A DNA stretch of 64,000 nucleotides from an uncultured Verrucomicrobiae bacterium (GTDB lineage Bacteria > Verrucomicrobiota > Verrucomicrobiia > Limisphaerales > Palsa-1400). The translations under genes were made by a program, and so were the position numbers. This document shows, piece by piece, positions 27,438 through 37,829 of the stretch; the stretch's first letter is position 1; each line of letters starts with the position of its first letter. The stretch lies in NCBI GenBank assembly GCA_963702845.1, contig OY969763.1, forward strand, positions 4,480,001 through 4,544,000, written 5' to 3'. The notes beneath the pieces were generated by a model, which saw only the letters and a list, made by a program, of their open reading frames with translations, made no database searches and was not told where the DNA came from.

Positions 27438-27780
27438 GCCTGAATACCGCGTGTGCGGCTATTCGTACGCCCTGATTTTTTGGGGCTGAGGCTGAGAAAC
27501 AAAAGTTAACGCGCAACCTAACCTTCAACCTCTGTTGCCAGGCAACGCGGTCAGGTAAGGCAATGGAGCCCTCGAAGCTCCGCTCGGAAAGTATGAAGTC
27601 TACAAGGACTTCGAAATCTGTTCGGAACCTCCAAAAGCTCCCGCATTAAAGAGAAAGTAGTCGCAGTCACCGACTGTTGGTCGGCAATTTTCTTTCGGCG
27701 GGCAGAATGCCCCATGGGGACAGCCAATTTCGTGCTGTCCGACCAAACCGAATCAAGCCGGCAGCCGCAGTCAATTCATT
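27438..27780 (+). promoter_or_regulatory. Structured 5' leader of rpsA (candidate r-leader)
   Basis: About seven consecutive stem-loops; no SD before the ATG. Confidence 0.5.
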
Positions 27781-29469
27781 ATGCTCACAATGGAAGAAGC
27801 CATGAAGCACAGCGCCATGCTGTTTGCTCCAGGCGAAATCGTCAAAGGTACCGTCATCGAAGTCAGACCCAAAGAAGTCCTCGTTGACATCGGATACAAA
27901 TCAGAAGGCACCGTCCCCGGGATCGAATTCGACGACATCAAAGCCGTCAAAGTCGGCGATGAAGTCGATGTCCTCATCGAAAAGCTCGAAGACAAAGACG
28001 GCATGGTCGTCCTGTCCAAGGAAAAAGCCGAGTTCAAGAAGAACTGGGATAAGATTTTAACAATTTGTAACGAAGGTGGCACCATCAACGGCCGCGTCAA
28101 AGCTGCTGTCAAAGGCGGGCTCCTCGTTAATATCGGTGTCGAAGCATTCCTCCCCGCTTCCCAAATCGACATCGTTCCGCCGAAGAACCTCGCTGGTTTC
28201 ATCGGCAACACCTACGAATTTAAGGTCGTTAAGATCAATCAAGAGCGCCAGAACATCGTTCTGTCCCGCCGCGAATTGATTGAGAACGAGCGCAATGAAA
28301 AGCGCAGCAAGTTGCTCACCGACATGACCCCTGGCGACATCCGCAAGGGCACGGTCAAGAACATCACCGATTTCGGTGCGTTCATCGACCTCAACGGTAT
28401 CGACGGTTTGCTCCATATCACCGATATGAGCTGGGGCCGCATCGGTCATCCTTCGGAAATCCTGAAGGTCGGCCAGGACATCGACGTTGTTGTTCTCGAC
28501 ATCAATCGCGAGAAGGAACGCGTCAGCCTCGGTTTGAAGCAGAAGCTCGCGAACCCTTGGGAAAACATCGAGAGCAAGTATCAGGTCGGCAACAAGGTCA
28601 AAGGCAAGGTCGTCAACCTCGTTCCTTACGGCGCATTCGTCGAACTGGAACCCGGTGTCGAAGGCCTCGTGCACGTCACCGAATTGTCCTGGACCAAGCG
28701 CATTGCCAAACCTTCCGACGTCCTCAAAGTGGACCAGGAATTGGAAGCAGTCGTGCTCGGCATCAACCGCGAAGAGCAGAAAATCTCGCTCGGCGTGCGC
28801 CAGCTCGAAACGAATCCTTGGGATAAGGCCATGGAGAAATACCCGGCCGGTACCCATGTCAAAGGCAAGATTCGCAACCTCACCAGCTACGGTGCATTCA
28901 TCGAGTTGGAAGAAGGCTTGGACGGCATGATTCACGTCTCGGACATTTCCTGGACACGCAAAATCAATCATCCGTCGGAAGTCTTCAAGAAGGGCGACGA
29001 CGTCGAAGCGATCGTGCTCGAAGTCGATAAGGCCAACCAACGCATTTCCGTTGGCGTCAAGCAGCTCAGCGAAGATCCGTGGAGCAACATTGATAAGTTT
29101 TACAAAGTCGGCGATCTCGTCAACGGCAAGGTCAGCAAGCTGGCCAGCTTCGGCGCGTTCGTTGGATTGGAACACGACATCGATGGCCTTGTGCACATCA
29201 GCCAGGTTAGCGAAGAGCGCATTGATAAGATCAAGAACGTGCTCAAAGTCGGCCAGGACGTGACCGCGCGCGTGATCAAGATTGATAAAGGCGAACGCCG
29301 TATCGGTCTGTCGATCAAGGCTGCGGAATACTCACCTGAGCAGTTGAAAGCTGAACAGGCGATCCTCGATTCGTTGAAGCCGGGCGAAGACCTTGTTGCG
29401 TTGCAACACGCCTTCGACGCCGCTGATGAATCGATCAAGAAAGACACTGAAAAAGACGACAAAGAATAG
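27781..29469 (+). CDS. rpsA: 30S ribosomal protein S1
   Basis: Six S1 repeats (VKNITDFGAFIDL, VVNLVPYGAFVEL, IRNLTSYGAFIEL, VSKLASFGAFVGL). Confidence 0.98.
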   Translation: MLTMEEAMKHSAMLFAPGEIVKGTVIEVRPKEVLVDIGYKSEGTVPGIEFDDIKAVKVGDEVDVLIEKLEDKDGMVVLSKEKAEFKKNWDKILTICNEGGTINGRVKAAVKGGLLVNIGVEAFLPASQIDIVPPKNLAGFIGNTYEFKVVKINQERQNIVLSRRELIENERNEKRSKLLTDMTPGDIRKGTVKNITDFGAFIDLNGIDGLLHITDMSWGRIGHPSEILKVGQDIDVVVLDINREKERVSLGLKQKLANPWENIESKYQVGNKVKGKVVNLVPYGAFVELEPGVEGLVHVTELSWTKRIAKPSDVLKVDQELEAVVLGINREEQKISLGVRQLETNPWDKAMEKYPAGTHVKGKIRNLTSYGAFIELEEGLDGMIHVSDISWTRKINHPSEVFKKGDDVEAIVLEVDKANQRISVGVKQLSEDPWSNIDKFYKVGDLVNGKVSKLASFGAFVGLEHDIDGLVHISQVSEERIDKIKNVLKVGQDVTARVIKIDKGERRIGLSIKAAEYSPEQLKAEQAILDSLKPGEDLVALQHAFDAADESIKKDTEKDDKE

Positions 29470-29506
29470 CTTTGTCGCCGCCTGATTAAGGCGGACAAGT
29501 TTCACA

Positions 29507-29539
29507 TCCCCCGGAGCGGAAACGTTCCGGGGGATTTTT
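29507..29539 (+). terminator. Intrinsic terminator after rpsA
   Basis: TCCCCCGGAGCG-GAAA-CGTTCCGGGGGA followed by TTTTT. Confidence 0.88.
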
Positions 29540-29609
29540 GTCAGCCCGAGCAGAAGCAAGGTTACGGGAATTGACGCTGTATTCGTCTGCTCGTAAACTG
29601 CATTCCGAA

Positions 29610-29822
29610 ATGAGCGCCGTTGAAAAACTTGAACGCGAAGTTCAGCTGTTGCCTCCGGGGCAATTCGCGGAATTTGCAGCGTGGTTCAATCGCCTGCAAA
29701 ACGAGCAGTGGGATCGAGAGATGGACGATGACGCCGCCTCAGGCAAGCTGTCTTTTCTTTTCGAAGAAGCCGAAGCTGAGAGTAAGCAAAAGCAATTGCG
29801 CGACTGGCCATCATCGAAATGA
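29610..29822 (+). CDS. Putative antitoxin
   Basis: Small acidic protein (WDREMDDDAASGKL) overlapping the toxin by ATGA. Confidence 0.75.
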   Translation: MSAVEKLEREVQLLPPGQFAEFAAWFNRLQNEQWDREMDDDAASGKLSFLFEEAEAESKQKQLRDWPSSK

Positions 29823-30085
29823 AGTCCAAGGCAAGCCGCCGGTTTTGGAATTGTTACAACCAACTCCCATCGTCCGTTCAATCAGTGGCCCGCAAAAACT
29901 ACCAATTGTGGCTGAAGGACCACCGTCATCCATCGTTGCACTTTAAGAAACTGCACGGAAGTGATACTCGGTTTTCGGTTCGCGTCGGCGACCGTTATCG
30001 AGCTATCGGTGAAGAGAAAGCAGATTCGGTTGTTTGGGTTTGGATCGGCACACACGAAGATTACAACAAGCTGTTGAAGCGCTGA
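29819..30085 (+). CDS. RelE/ParE-like toxin
   Basis: FWNCYNQLP, HPSLHFKK, SVRVGDRYRAIG, WVWIGTHEDY. Confidence 0.8.
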   Translation: MKSKASRRFWNCYNQLPSSVQSVARKNYQLWLKDHRHPSLHFKKLHGSDTRFSVRVGDRYRAIGEEKADSVVWVWIGTHEDYNKLLKR

Positions 30086-30150
30086 TTTTTTCGTCCACCG
30101 TGAACGACGTAGAGACATTGACCTCCGGCGCTAACTGCATACCCTAAAGC

Positions 30151-31089
30151 ATGACGCCAACCAGGAGCGGGTCGGTTAAGTTCTTCAAATTGCTGGGGAT
30201 CACTGTGTTCATCCACTGGTCGTGGTTCATCATCGCGGTGTATGATCTCCAGGATAAGACGGGCAGATACACTTCGATGCAATGGAAGGTTTGGGAGTAT
30301 CTCGTTTTGTTTGGGTTGGTGACGGTTCACGAATTCGGTCACGCACTCGCATGTCGAAGCGTCGGAGGAAAAGCGGACACGATCGTGTTATGGCCGTTGG
30401 GCGGCGTGGCTTATGTCGATCCGCCGCAACGTCCGGGTGCGACGCTGTGGAGTATCGCCGCCGGGCCACTTGTGAACGTGTTGTTCTTCCCGATATTCAG
30501 CCTGATTTATCTCTGGGCTCGAAACACAGGTTTAATTGAAACCGAACCGAATGCTTACGCGTTCATCCGCGCAATCTGGTTCATCAACACCATGCTGCTC
30601 GTGTTTAACATGATGCCAATCTATCCGTTGGACGGTGGACAGATTTTGCGATCGGTGCTGTGGTTCATGATGGGTAAAGCGCGGAGTCTTTTCGTTGCCA
30701 CCATTATCGGCATGGGTGGCGTTGTTCTGCTGGTATTACTGGCGTTTGCTCTGCACTCGGTTTGGATCGGGATCATGTCCGCGTTCATTCTTATGAATTG
30801 CTGGTCGGGTTTGCGTTATGCGCGGGCGCTTTCGAAAATTGCCAAACTTCCCAAACACGCGGAGTACTCGTGCCCCTCGTGTCATACGTCACCACCGGCA
30901 GCGCCTCTCTGGGTTTGCCGGCCATGCGGCGTGGCGTTCGATACGTTTTCGACGAATGCAACGTGCCCGAAATGCGCGCAGGTATTCGCGACAGCGCGCT
31001 GTGTTGAATGTGGAGAGTCGGCGCCGATCGCTCAATGGGCGGTCCATCGCCCGAGTTCCGAAGTCATATCAGGCACGGTGGGCAGTTGA
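30151..31089 (+). CDS. Site-2 protease (M50) with C-terminal zinc-ribbon motifs
   Basis: HEFGH, AAGPLVN, FNMMPIYPLDGG; several CxxC motifs at the C-terminus. Confidence 0.92.
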   Translation: MTPTRSGSVKFFKLLGITVFIHWSWFIIAVYDLQDKTGRYTSMQWKVWEYLVLFGLVTVHEFGHALACRSVGGKADTIVLWPLGGVAYVDPPQRPGATLWSIAAGPLVNVLFFPIFSLIYLWARNTGLIETEPNAYAFIRAIWFINTMLLVFNMMPIYPLDGGQILRSVLWFMMGKARSLFVATIIGMGGVVLLVLLAFALHSVWIGIMSAFILMNCWSGLRYARALSKIAKLPKHAEYSCPSCHTSPPAAPLWVCRPCGVAFDTFSTNATCPKCAQVFATARCVECGESAPIAQWAVHRPSSEVISGTVGS

Positions 31090-31096
31090 GCCGATT

Positions 31097-32398
31097 CTAT
31101 CCGGAAGCGTGTGTGGAGGTTTTGTAGGCAAGGCCGATGGTGACAAACATCAGACCGATGCCGCCAATGCCCCAACCAGAGAAGAAGTAGATGACGCGCA
31201 TCCAGCCGTTCTCTTCTTCGACTTTATCCAAAGTCTTGCGTGACGTTTGAACGACGTCGGGTGGTTCGACGTATTGCGTTTCGCCGCTCGCGAGTTTTTT
31301 GTACTCAGGCAGGGTTCCATTTTTGAACGCGGCGATGTCGTCAGCAGTGACGGCTTGCGGATCGGGTTTTTGGCCGGGTTCTTCCACGCCCTCCGCGGCA
31401 AGGTAATCACGAATTTCCTTATCGCTCTCGTGAGGCATTGCTTCGAGTGCCGCCTTTGCTTCCGCCACGCGCTCGTCGAATCCCCAGCGCGCTAAAGTCT
31501 TGGGGTAATCGCGTTCACTGATTTTACCGTCAGCGAGTTCTTTGTATTGCGCGAGGTGGACGTCGCGGAATATGCGCACCTCGTGTGCTTTGATTGCGGC
31601 AGGTTTTATTTTGACGTCAGCATCTGATTCTTCTTTCGCGAGGAACGCGCGGATTTCATCGTCGGCTCCGGTCGGAACGGCTTTGACGGCGCGCTTGGCG
31701 TAATCAACTTGTTCTTTATAGAGGTTGCCGACGAATCCATCAGCAAATCCGTGAAGGCGATCTTTTCCGATGGTGTAAGCAGTGAATACAATTCCACAAA
31801 GGACGACGACACACGTGATCATGCCGAGTTGAGAACTGCCTTCGTCCTTACTCGCAATCCGCGCGCCGAATCCGCCGCCGGCGCCGGCAAGTAGAGCAAA
31901 GATGCGCCAGGATTTTCCGGTGAAATGGAAGATGAGATACCAGATGAGGCAACCAAGGGCCGTGCCGACCACAGCCCCGCCGACACCATAAAAGAATTTA
32001 GCGGTCAAACCTTCGTCGGGCGGAGTGAGGTTTGAATAGGCGGCTGACATCGGCATGACGGGCGCGGGTCTCGGCGCAGGTGCAGGCGGGGCGGCGGCCG
32101 CTTCCGTTTCGGCAACTGTCGGTGCTGGTGCATGGGCCGATCGCCCGATGCGCAGCCTCGGGCGCCCCAGTTCGCTTGCCGCAGGTTCTGCGGCAACTGG
32201 ATCTGTAGCTGCAGCTTGCGACGCGGCAAGGCCGAGTTGTTGGGCGACGTGAGCGTTAGCGAATTCGGTTGCGTCGGCTTTGCACGTCGGACAAATGACG
32301 GCGAACGGCACGCGGCCGTCCACGGGTTCGAATTCGAATTTGAATTTAGTGCCGCAATTGCACTGTAGCTTTATTTCCACGGGGTTCGCCGCCGACAA
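31097..32398 (-). CDS. Hypothetical membrane protein with N-terminal CxC/CxxC motif
   Basis: CNCG...CPTC, Pro/Ala linker, several TM segments, internally repeated DDEIRAFL/DKEIRDYL unit. Confidence 0.7.
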   Translation of the reverse strand: MSAANPVEIKLQCNCGTKFKFEFEPVDGRVPFAVICPTCKADATEFANAHVAQQLGLAASQAAATDPVAAEPAASELGRPRLRIGRSAHAPAPTVAETEAAAAPPAPAPRPAPVMPMSAAYSNLTPPDEGLTAKFFYGVGGAVVGTALGCLIWYLIFHFTGKSWRIFALLAGAGGGFGARIASKDEGSSQLGMITCVVVLCGIVFTAYTIGKDRLHGFADGFVGNLYKEQVDYAKRAVKAVPTGADDEIRAFLAKEESDADVKIKPAAIKAHEVRIFRDVHLAQYKELADGKISERDYPKTLARWGFDERVAEAKAALEAMPHESDKEIRDYLAAEGVEEPGQKPDPQAVTADDIAAFKNGTLPEYKKLASGETQYVEPPDVVQTSRKTLDKVEEENGWMRVIYFFSGWGIGGIGLMFVTIGLAYKTSTHASG

Positions 32399-32470
32399 TA
32401 AAGCTCACTCCAACAGAATCAAGTAAATTACCGCGTTCCGCCGTTCCGGTTTTGCGCCGGCAAAATGGGA

Positions 32471-34304
32471 TCAATCTTCCACCGGAACGACGAGGCGTTC
32501 CATGATGTAGTCTTTGCGCTCGGGCGTGTTTTTGCCCATGTAGAAGCTGAGCACTTGCGAGGCGTCGGGCTTCGACGAGTATTCGACCTGGCTTAAGCGC
32601 ATTTCTTTGCCGATGAATTGTTTGAATTCGCCGGGGCTAATTTCTCCCAAACCTTTGAAGCGGGTGATCTCGGGATTCTTACCGAGCTTGGCAGACGCGG
32701 CGTCACGTTCGGCCTCGCTGTAGCAATAGATCGTTTCCTCTTTATTGCGGACGCGGAAGAGCGGCGTTTCCAAAACGAACAGGTGACCGTCGTGCACGAG
32801 CTGATCGAAGAAGCGATAGAAGTATGTGATCAGCAGGTTGCGAATGTGCAGGCCGTCGACGTCGGCGTCGGTGGCGAGAATGACTTTGTCGTAGCGCAGG
32901 CTGTCGATGTTGTTCTCGATGTCGAGAGCGCACATCAAATTGAACATTTCGTCGTTTTTGTAAACGATGTCGCGCTTGAGATCCCAGACGTTGAGCGGTT
33001 TGCCCTTCAACACGAAGATGGCCTGGGTGTTGACGTCGCGGGTGCTGACGATCGAACCAGCCGCGGATTGACCTTCGGTGATGAAGACCATCGAGCCTTT
33101 GCCTTTACCCTTGGCTTTGTCCAAATGGACTTTGCAATCCTTCAACTGCGGGATGCGAATGGTAATCGCTTTGGCGCGTTCGCGGGCGAGCTTCTTCACT
33201 TCCTGCAACTCTTTGCGGAGTTGCTGGGTGTCTTCGACTTTCGCGATGATTTTTGTGGCGACGTCTTTGTTGCGGTTGAAGAAGTGCAGGAGTTCTTCGC
33301 GGACGGTGTTGACGAGGTCAGAACGAATTTCGGTGTTGCCGAGTTTGTTCTTGGTCTGGGACTCGAACATCGGGTCCTTCAACCGAATCGCGACGGCGCC
33401 GACCATGGCTTCGCGGACATCATCGCCTTCGAATTTGCCCTTGGCATATTCGTTGACGGCTTTCAATAGACCTTCGCGGAAGGCGCTCAAATGCGTGCCA
33501 CCGTCGCTGGTGTATTGGCCGTTGACGAATGAGAAAAATGTTTCGCCGTATCGGCTGTTGGTGTGGGTGAAACAAAACTCGAGCGTCTTGCTGGTGTAAT
33601 GGAGCGGGGCGTAAATGGGTTCGGCGTTGTCGGCCTTGAGGTCGTCCATGACGAGGTCGAGAAGGCCATTGCGCGAGACGAAGGTGGCGCCGTTGTAGAT
33701 GAGCTTCAGGCCCGGGTTCAGATAGGTGTAATGGCGCAGACGGCGCTCGATGAATTCGGGTTTGAACTCGATCTCTTTGAAAATTCCTTCGTCCGGCGTG
33801 AATTGAACGAACGTGCCGTCGGGTTCGTTGGCGGATTTGCCACCTTTTTGGCTCTTGAGCTTGCCAGCTTTGAAAGTAGCTTCGAAATATTCGCCGCCGC
33901 GATGACTGCGGACGAAGAATTCTTTGGAGAGCGCGTTGACGGCTTTTGTGCCGACGCCGTTGAGGCCGACGCTGAATTGGAAGACGTCGTCGTTGTATTT
34001 TGCGCCGGTGTTGATCTGGGAGACGCAATCGATGACTTTGCCGAGGGGAATGCCGCGGCCGAAATCGCGAATGGTGACAGGTGGTGCCTTCGACGGTGAT
34101 CTCGACTTCTTTGCCGTGGCCCATGATGAATTCATCGATGGCGTTATCGATGACTTCCTTGAGCAGGATGTAACAGCCGTCGTCTTGATGCGCGCCGGTG
34201 CCGATGCGACCGATATACATGCCGGTGCGCAAGCGAATGTGCTCGATGGACGAGAGGGTCTTGATCTTACTCTCGTCGTAAACCTGTTTCTTAGCGTCTG
34301 CCAT
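32471..34304 (-). CDS. parE: Type IIA topoisomerase (topo IV) subunit B; one extra base near 34079, probably a sequencing error
   Basis: [51 protein letters not shown] spread over two frames. Confidence 0.9.
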
Positions 34305-34552
34305 AGAAGTTGAGCGACAACTATTGTGTTGAACGCGATTTTTGCAAGTTTTTACCTACCTCCACCGATGAGAATACGAAAAATCGCGCCGGGAGGAAAC
34401 CGGAAAGTTCAAAATTCAAATGACAATGTTTGGTGTCTCGCGAAGGACGCTGAGTGCGCGAAGGGCAAACCAACCTGCGTTGGTGAATCCCTAATCGAGC
34501 AGAGGCACAGAAAGGGAATTAAAACTTCAAACTCCCGAAGAAGATGGATGAG

Positions 34553-34762
34553 TCAATTGCGCCATGAAACAACCCCAAAAAGGTATACCAAGCCGATACC
34601 TAACGTGATTAGAACCGCTGCCCAGAACGACCATGGGTGCTCGCTGCGACTGTATAAACGAAACTTTCCCAAGATTTGCCCCGTGTATATAGCGTAGGCG
34701 CAGTAGCCAACCAGAGCGAATGCGATTACGAGTTCAACCGCGCGGTGAATGCCTGTGCTCAT
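34553..34762 (-). CDS. Small membrane protein
   Basis: Two hydrophobic segments around YSRSEHPWSFW. Confidence 0.55.
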   Translation of the reverse strand: MSTGIHRAVELVIAFALVGYCAYAIYTGQILGKFRLYSRSEHPWSFWAAVLITLGIGLVYLFGVVSWRN

Positions 34763-34835
34763 CCGTCTAATAATTAATACACGACCAATAGATTGCGACA
34801 CTTGATGAATCGGGCAGGCGTCAAGCTATGCCGCC

Positions 34836-35306
34836 TCAAACCCATCTGTGAACTCTTTTCATGTAGGCGGCATATGATTCACCGAAGAGTCCCAACAGAA
34901 TGCGCTCCTCGGGCTTGATTTGAAATCGGTTGATATACAGCACGTATAACAACAGGAAAACCAGGCACACCGGATTCGAAAGGTAGATGGTCCAAGCGAG
35001 CAAAGCGAAGAACAGCCCGACATACATTGGATTTCTTGTGAAACGATAGACCCCGCTGCAAACCAAAGACGACGCAGTGTTGGCTTTGACAGGGTTGATC
35101 GTCGTCCGCGCGCGTCTGAACTCGACAACTCCCGAAATGCTGACGATCAGACCGACCAACAAGGATGCAACTGCGAGTCCGACTCGCACCTCACGGGGGG
35201 TATCAACAATGCCAGCAAAGCTTGGGGTAAACCACATCAGCACGCCAAGTAGGAGTGCCAAGATGGGAGGCGGCACTTTAAGTTCCAGGAAGTTCATGGT
35301 GCTCAA
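34836..35306 (-). CDS. Isoprenylcysteine carboxyl methyltransferase/PEMT-family membrane protein
   Basis: TTINP, LVCSGVYRFTRNPMY, PEERIL...FGESY..Y..RVHRW. Confidence 0.9.
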   Translation of the reverse strand: MSTMNFLELKVPPPILALLLGVLMWFTPSFAGIVDTPREVRVGLAVASLLVGLIVSISGVVEFRRARTTINPVKANTASSLVCSGVYRFTRNPMYVGLFFALLAWTIYLSNPVCLVFLLLYVLYINRFQIKPEERILLGLFGESYAAYMKRVHRWV

Positions 35307-35692
35307 TACCGAGACTTAATAATCCAGCTCAGCCGCAACCCCGCCTTATAGTTGGGGAATGGCCGAAACTGATGAGCCGATAATACCCAGCGGTTTCAAG
35401 ATGCCAAGCGTTCCCACATCGGATTTGCTGGAGCGCAGGGTTGGCCATCAAGACGGTGAATCCAGTTCTGCCACTAAGTCTAAAATCATCTATACTGTCA
35501 CCCACAGCCGGTCTGGAGAACGCAGTGACATGCACATGCAATCTCGTTCAAATTATGTACTCGGCGAGTGTACGTGCGGATCTTGTCCGAACCGCAACAT
35601 CATACACTCCGCGACAATACCCTCGATATTCGCCCTGTGGAGAAGAGGCGCTGATTGGTTTGATCAAATATGTCATTACCACGAACCGACCC

Positions 35693-35971
35693 CTATCTGA
35701 GAAACAAGCTGTGCTGTGCTGCTGCGGCGATCGCGGTGACATTCCCGGCTAAAACCTGTTCGGGAAATTTAACCGTGTTGTTGGAAGCGCCGTCTCCAAG
35801 TTGGCCGGCAAAGCTTTCCCCCATGCCCCATAGACTGCCATCCTGTTTAAGAAACAGGCTATAGAAGGTTCCGGCGGACATTTTGGTCACAGTCTGTCCG
35901 CAACTTGTGAAAGCTGACCACCCTATTGCGCCTAAAATCAGACTGAGGCTTAAAAACGATTTTGGTTTCAT
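35693..35971 (-). pseudogene. Truncated RCC1-repeat secreted protein
   Basis: Signal peptide MKPKSFLSLSL..., about 1.5 SLFLKxDGSLWGMG...GQLGDG repeats, then a stop. Confidence 0.65.
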
Positions 35972-35988
35972 AAGTTGGTGAACGGAGT

Positions 35989-37813
35989 TCATTGCAATTG
36001 AAGTAAATAAAACCTTTGCGAACTCCCCGCACTCACCGCGTTCGTAACAGCTCATGCTGAAATTCCCATCCCCACTCAAAACATTCGTCGCAACCGGCGT
36101 CCACTGATTCAGCGGCATGCGCGACATTCGTGCTCATCAAGGTGTGATAGGTCGCCACCGATACTCCGTTGCTCCAATTGAAAACCAAATCCGTCCCGGA
36201 CAAACTGATTCGCGCGCCGCCGGGCTGCACCACTCGCGTCACGCTCACGTCATCCAGACCAAAATACGTATTATCGCCCCGGAATCCGAATTCAATACTT
36301 GTGCTGGTGTTGGTCGCGGTGACTGTGAACTGAATATTTGTCCATCCAATGGCGGCGACATTCGTTTTGTCCAGAAGCGTGGCTCCATTCCAGAACACTC
36401 GAAACTCATTGGGCGTTGCGCCATCTGGACTATCCAGCCAAAAAGACAGCAGATATGTTGCTCCCGGAGTCGTGGCCAAAGTTTGGTAAAGATAGCCGAG
36501 TGATCCAACAGGTCCCGATTGCAGGCCGTAATGGCCTGAGTGAACATAGCTGGAGCGGGTGGCGACCAGAGTGTCTGAAGTGTTTCCAAAAACTCCCCAA
36601 TCGGAGAGATCTCCAGTTTCAAAATCACCATTGATCAAAAGATCATACGTATAATAGGAGAACGGCACGACCCGCGCAGGACTGTGGACTTCGGTGATAT
36701 CGGGAGTAATTAAACCCAACTGGCCTCGTCGTTGTCTCCCATCGCCCACAAGCTGCCATCGCTTTTCAGAAACAGGCTGAACCAATCGCCTTCGGAAATA
36801 GCCGTGACGCCGCTGGCCACAATCTGCTTGGGGCGGTTGGTATTGTTAACTGAGCCATCACCCAACTGCCCATAATTATTCCGGCCCATGGCCCACAAGC
36901 TGCCGTCGTTCTTGAGAAAGAGGCTCGAACCATTGTTTGCGGCGATGGCGGTGACATTGCTCGCCACAATCTGCTCGGGACGGTTGGTGCCATATGCAGG
37001 GTAAATGGCATAACTACCATCGCCCAACTGGCCATAGCCGTTGGCTCCCATGGCCCACAAGCTGCCATCACTCTTGAGAAACAAGCTGTGTTCGCATCCT
37101 GCGGCAATGGCCGTAACATTGCTGGCCACGATCTGCTCGGGCTTGTTGGTCCAATTAACGGTGCCATCGCCCAATTGGCCCATGAGCTGTTCGCGCCCAT
37201 GCCCCACAGGCTGCCGTCGCTCTTAAGAAACAGGCTGTGGATCATTTCCTGCGGCAATGGCCGTAACCCCGCTGGCCACAATTTGCTCAGGTATGTTGGT
37301 ATTGTTGTTGGCAGTGCCATCGCCCAACTGCCCATAACCGTTATTTCCCATGCCCCACAAGCTGCCATCATTCTTGATAAAAGAGCTGAAAGAGAATCCG
37401 GCGGCAATCGCATGACATTGCTGGCCAGAGCCTGCTCGGGTTGATCCACGCCATAGTCATTATTGAGGTCGCCGTTACCGCCGTCGCCTAGTGCGCCATC
37501 GTTATTGCGGCCCATGCCCCACAGGGTGCCGTCGCTCTTGAGAAAAAGGCTATGATAGAATCCTCCGGCAATCGCCGTAACATCGCCGGCCAGAACCTGC
37601 TCTGGCTGGTTGGTGTTGTAATTGTAAGTGCCATCGCCCAATTGCCCCCATACGTTAAGGCCCATGCTCCACAGGCTGCCATCGCTTTTGAGAAACAGAC
37701 TGTGGCTGCCGCCTGCGGCAATTTTGGTCACGGTTTGCGCTTTGCCGGTGAAAGCGCATAAAAAGTCAACCCGACCAAGGCCGGCTGAGGCTTAAAAATG
37801 ATTTTGGTTTCAT
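35989..37813 (-). pseudogene. RCC1-repeat secreted protein with carbohydrate-binding-like and C-terminal tail domains; several frameshifts (real or sequencing errors)
   Basis: Repeated HSLFLKSDGSLWxMG.N..GQLGDG in successive frames; NGDFETGD domain similar to that of 37830-39755. Confidence 0.75.
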
Positions 37814-37829
37814 AAGTCGCTAAACAGGA

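Noticed and set aside
28057..29196. Long antisense ORFs over rpsA, parE, gnd, GH25 and similar genes
   Set aside because: Shadow frames caused by codon bias of the real genes; no recognisable motifs.
34070..34090. Programmed ribosomal frameshift in parE (and in gnd at ~59746)
   Set aside because: No slippery heptamer or homopolymer at either site; a single-base sequencing error is simpler.
35329..35700. Short ORFs on both strands between the ICMT gene and the RCC1 fragment
   Set aside because: No motifs, no clear RBS and an internal stop; cannot support a call.
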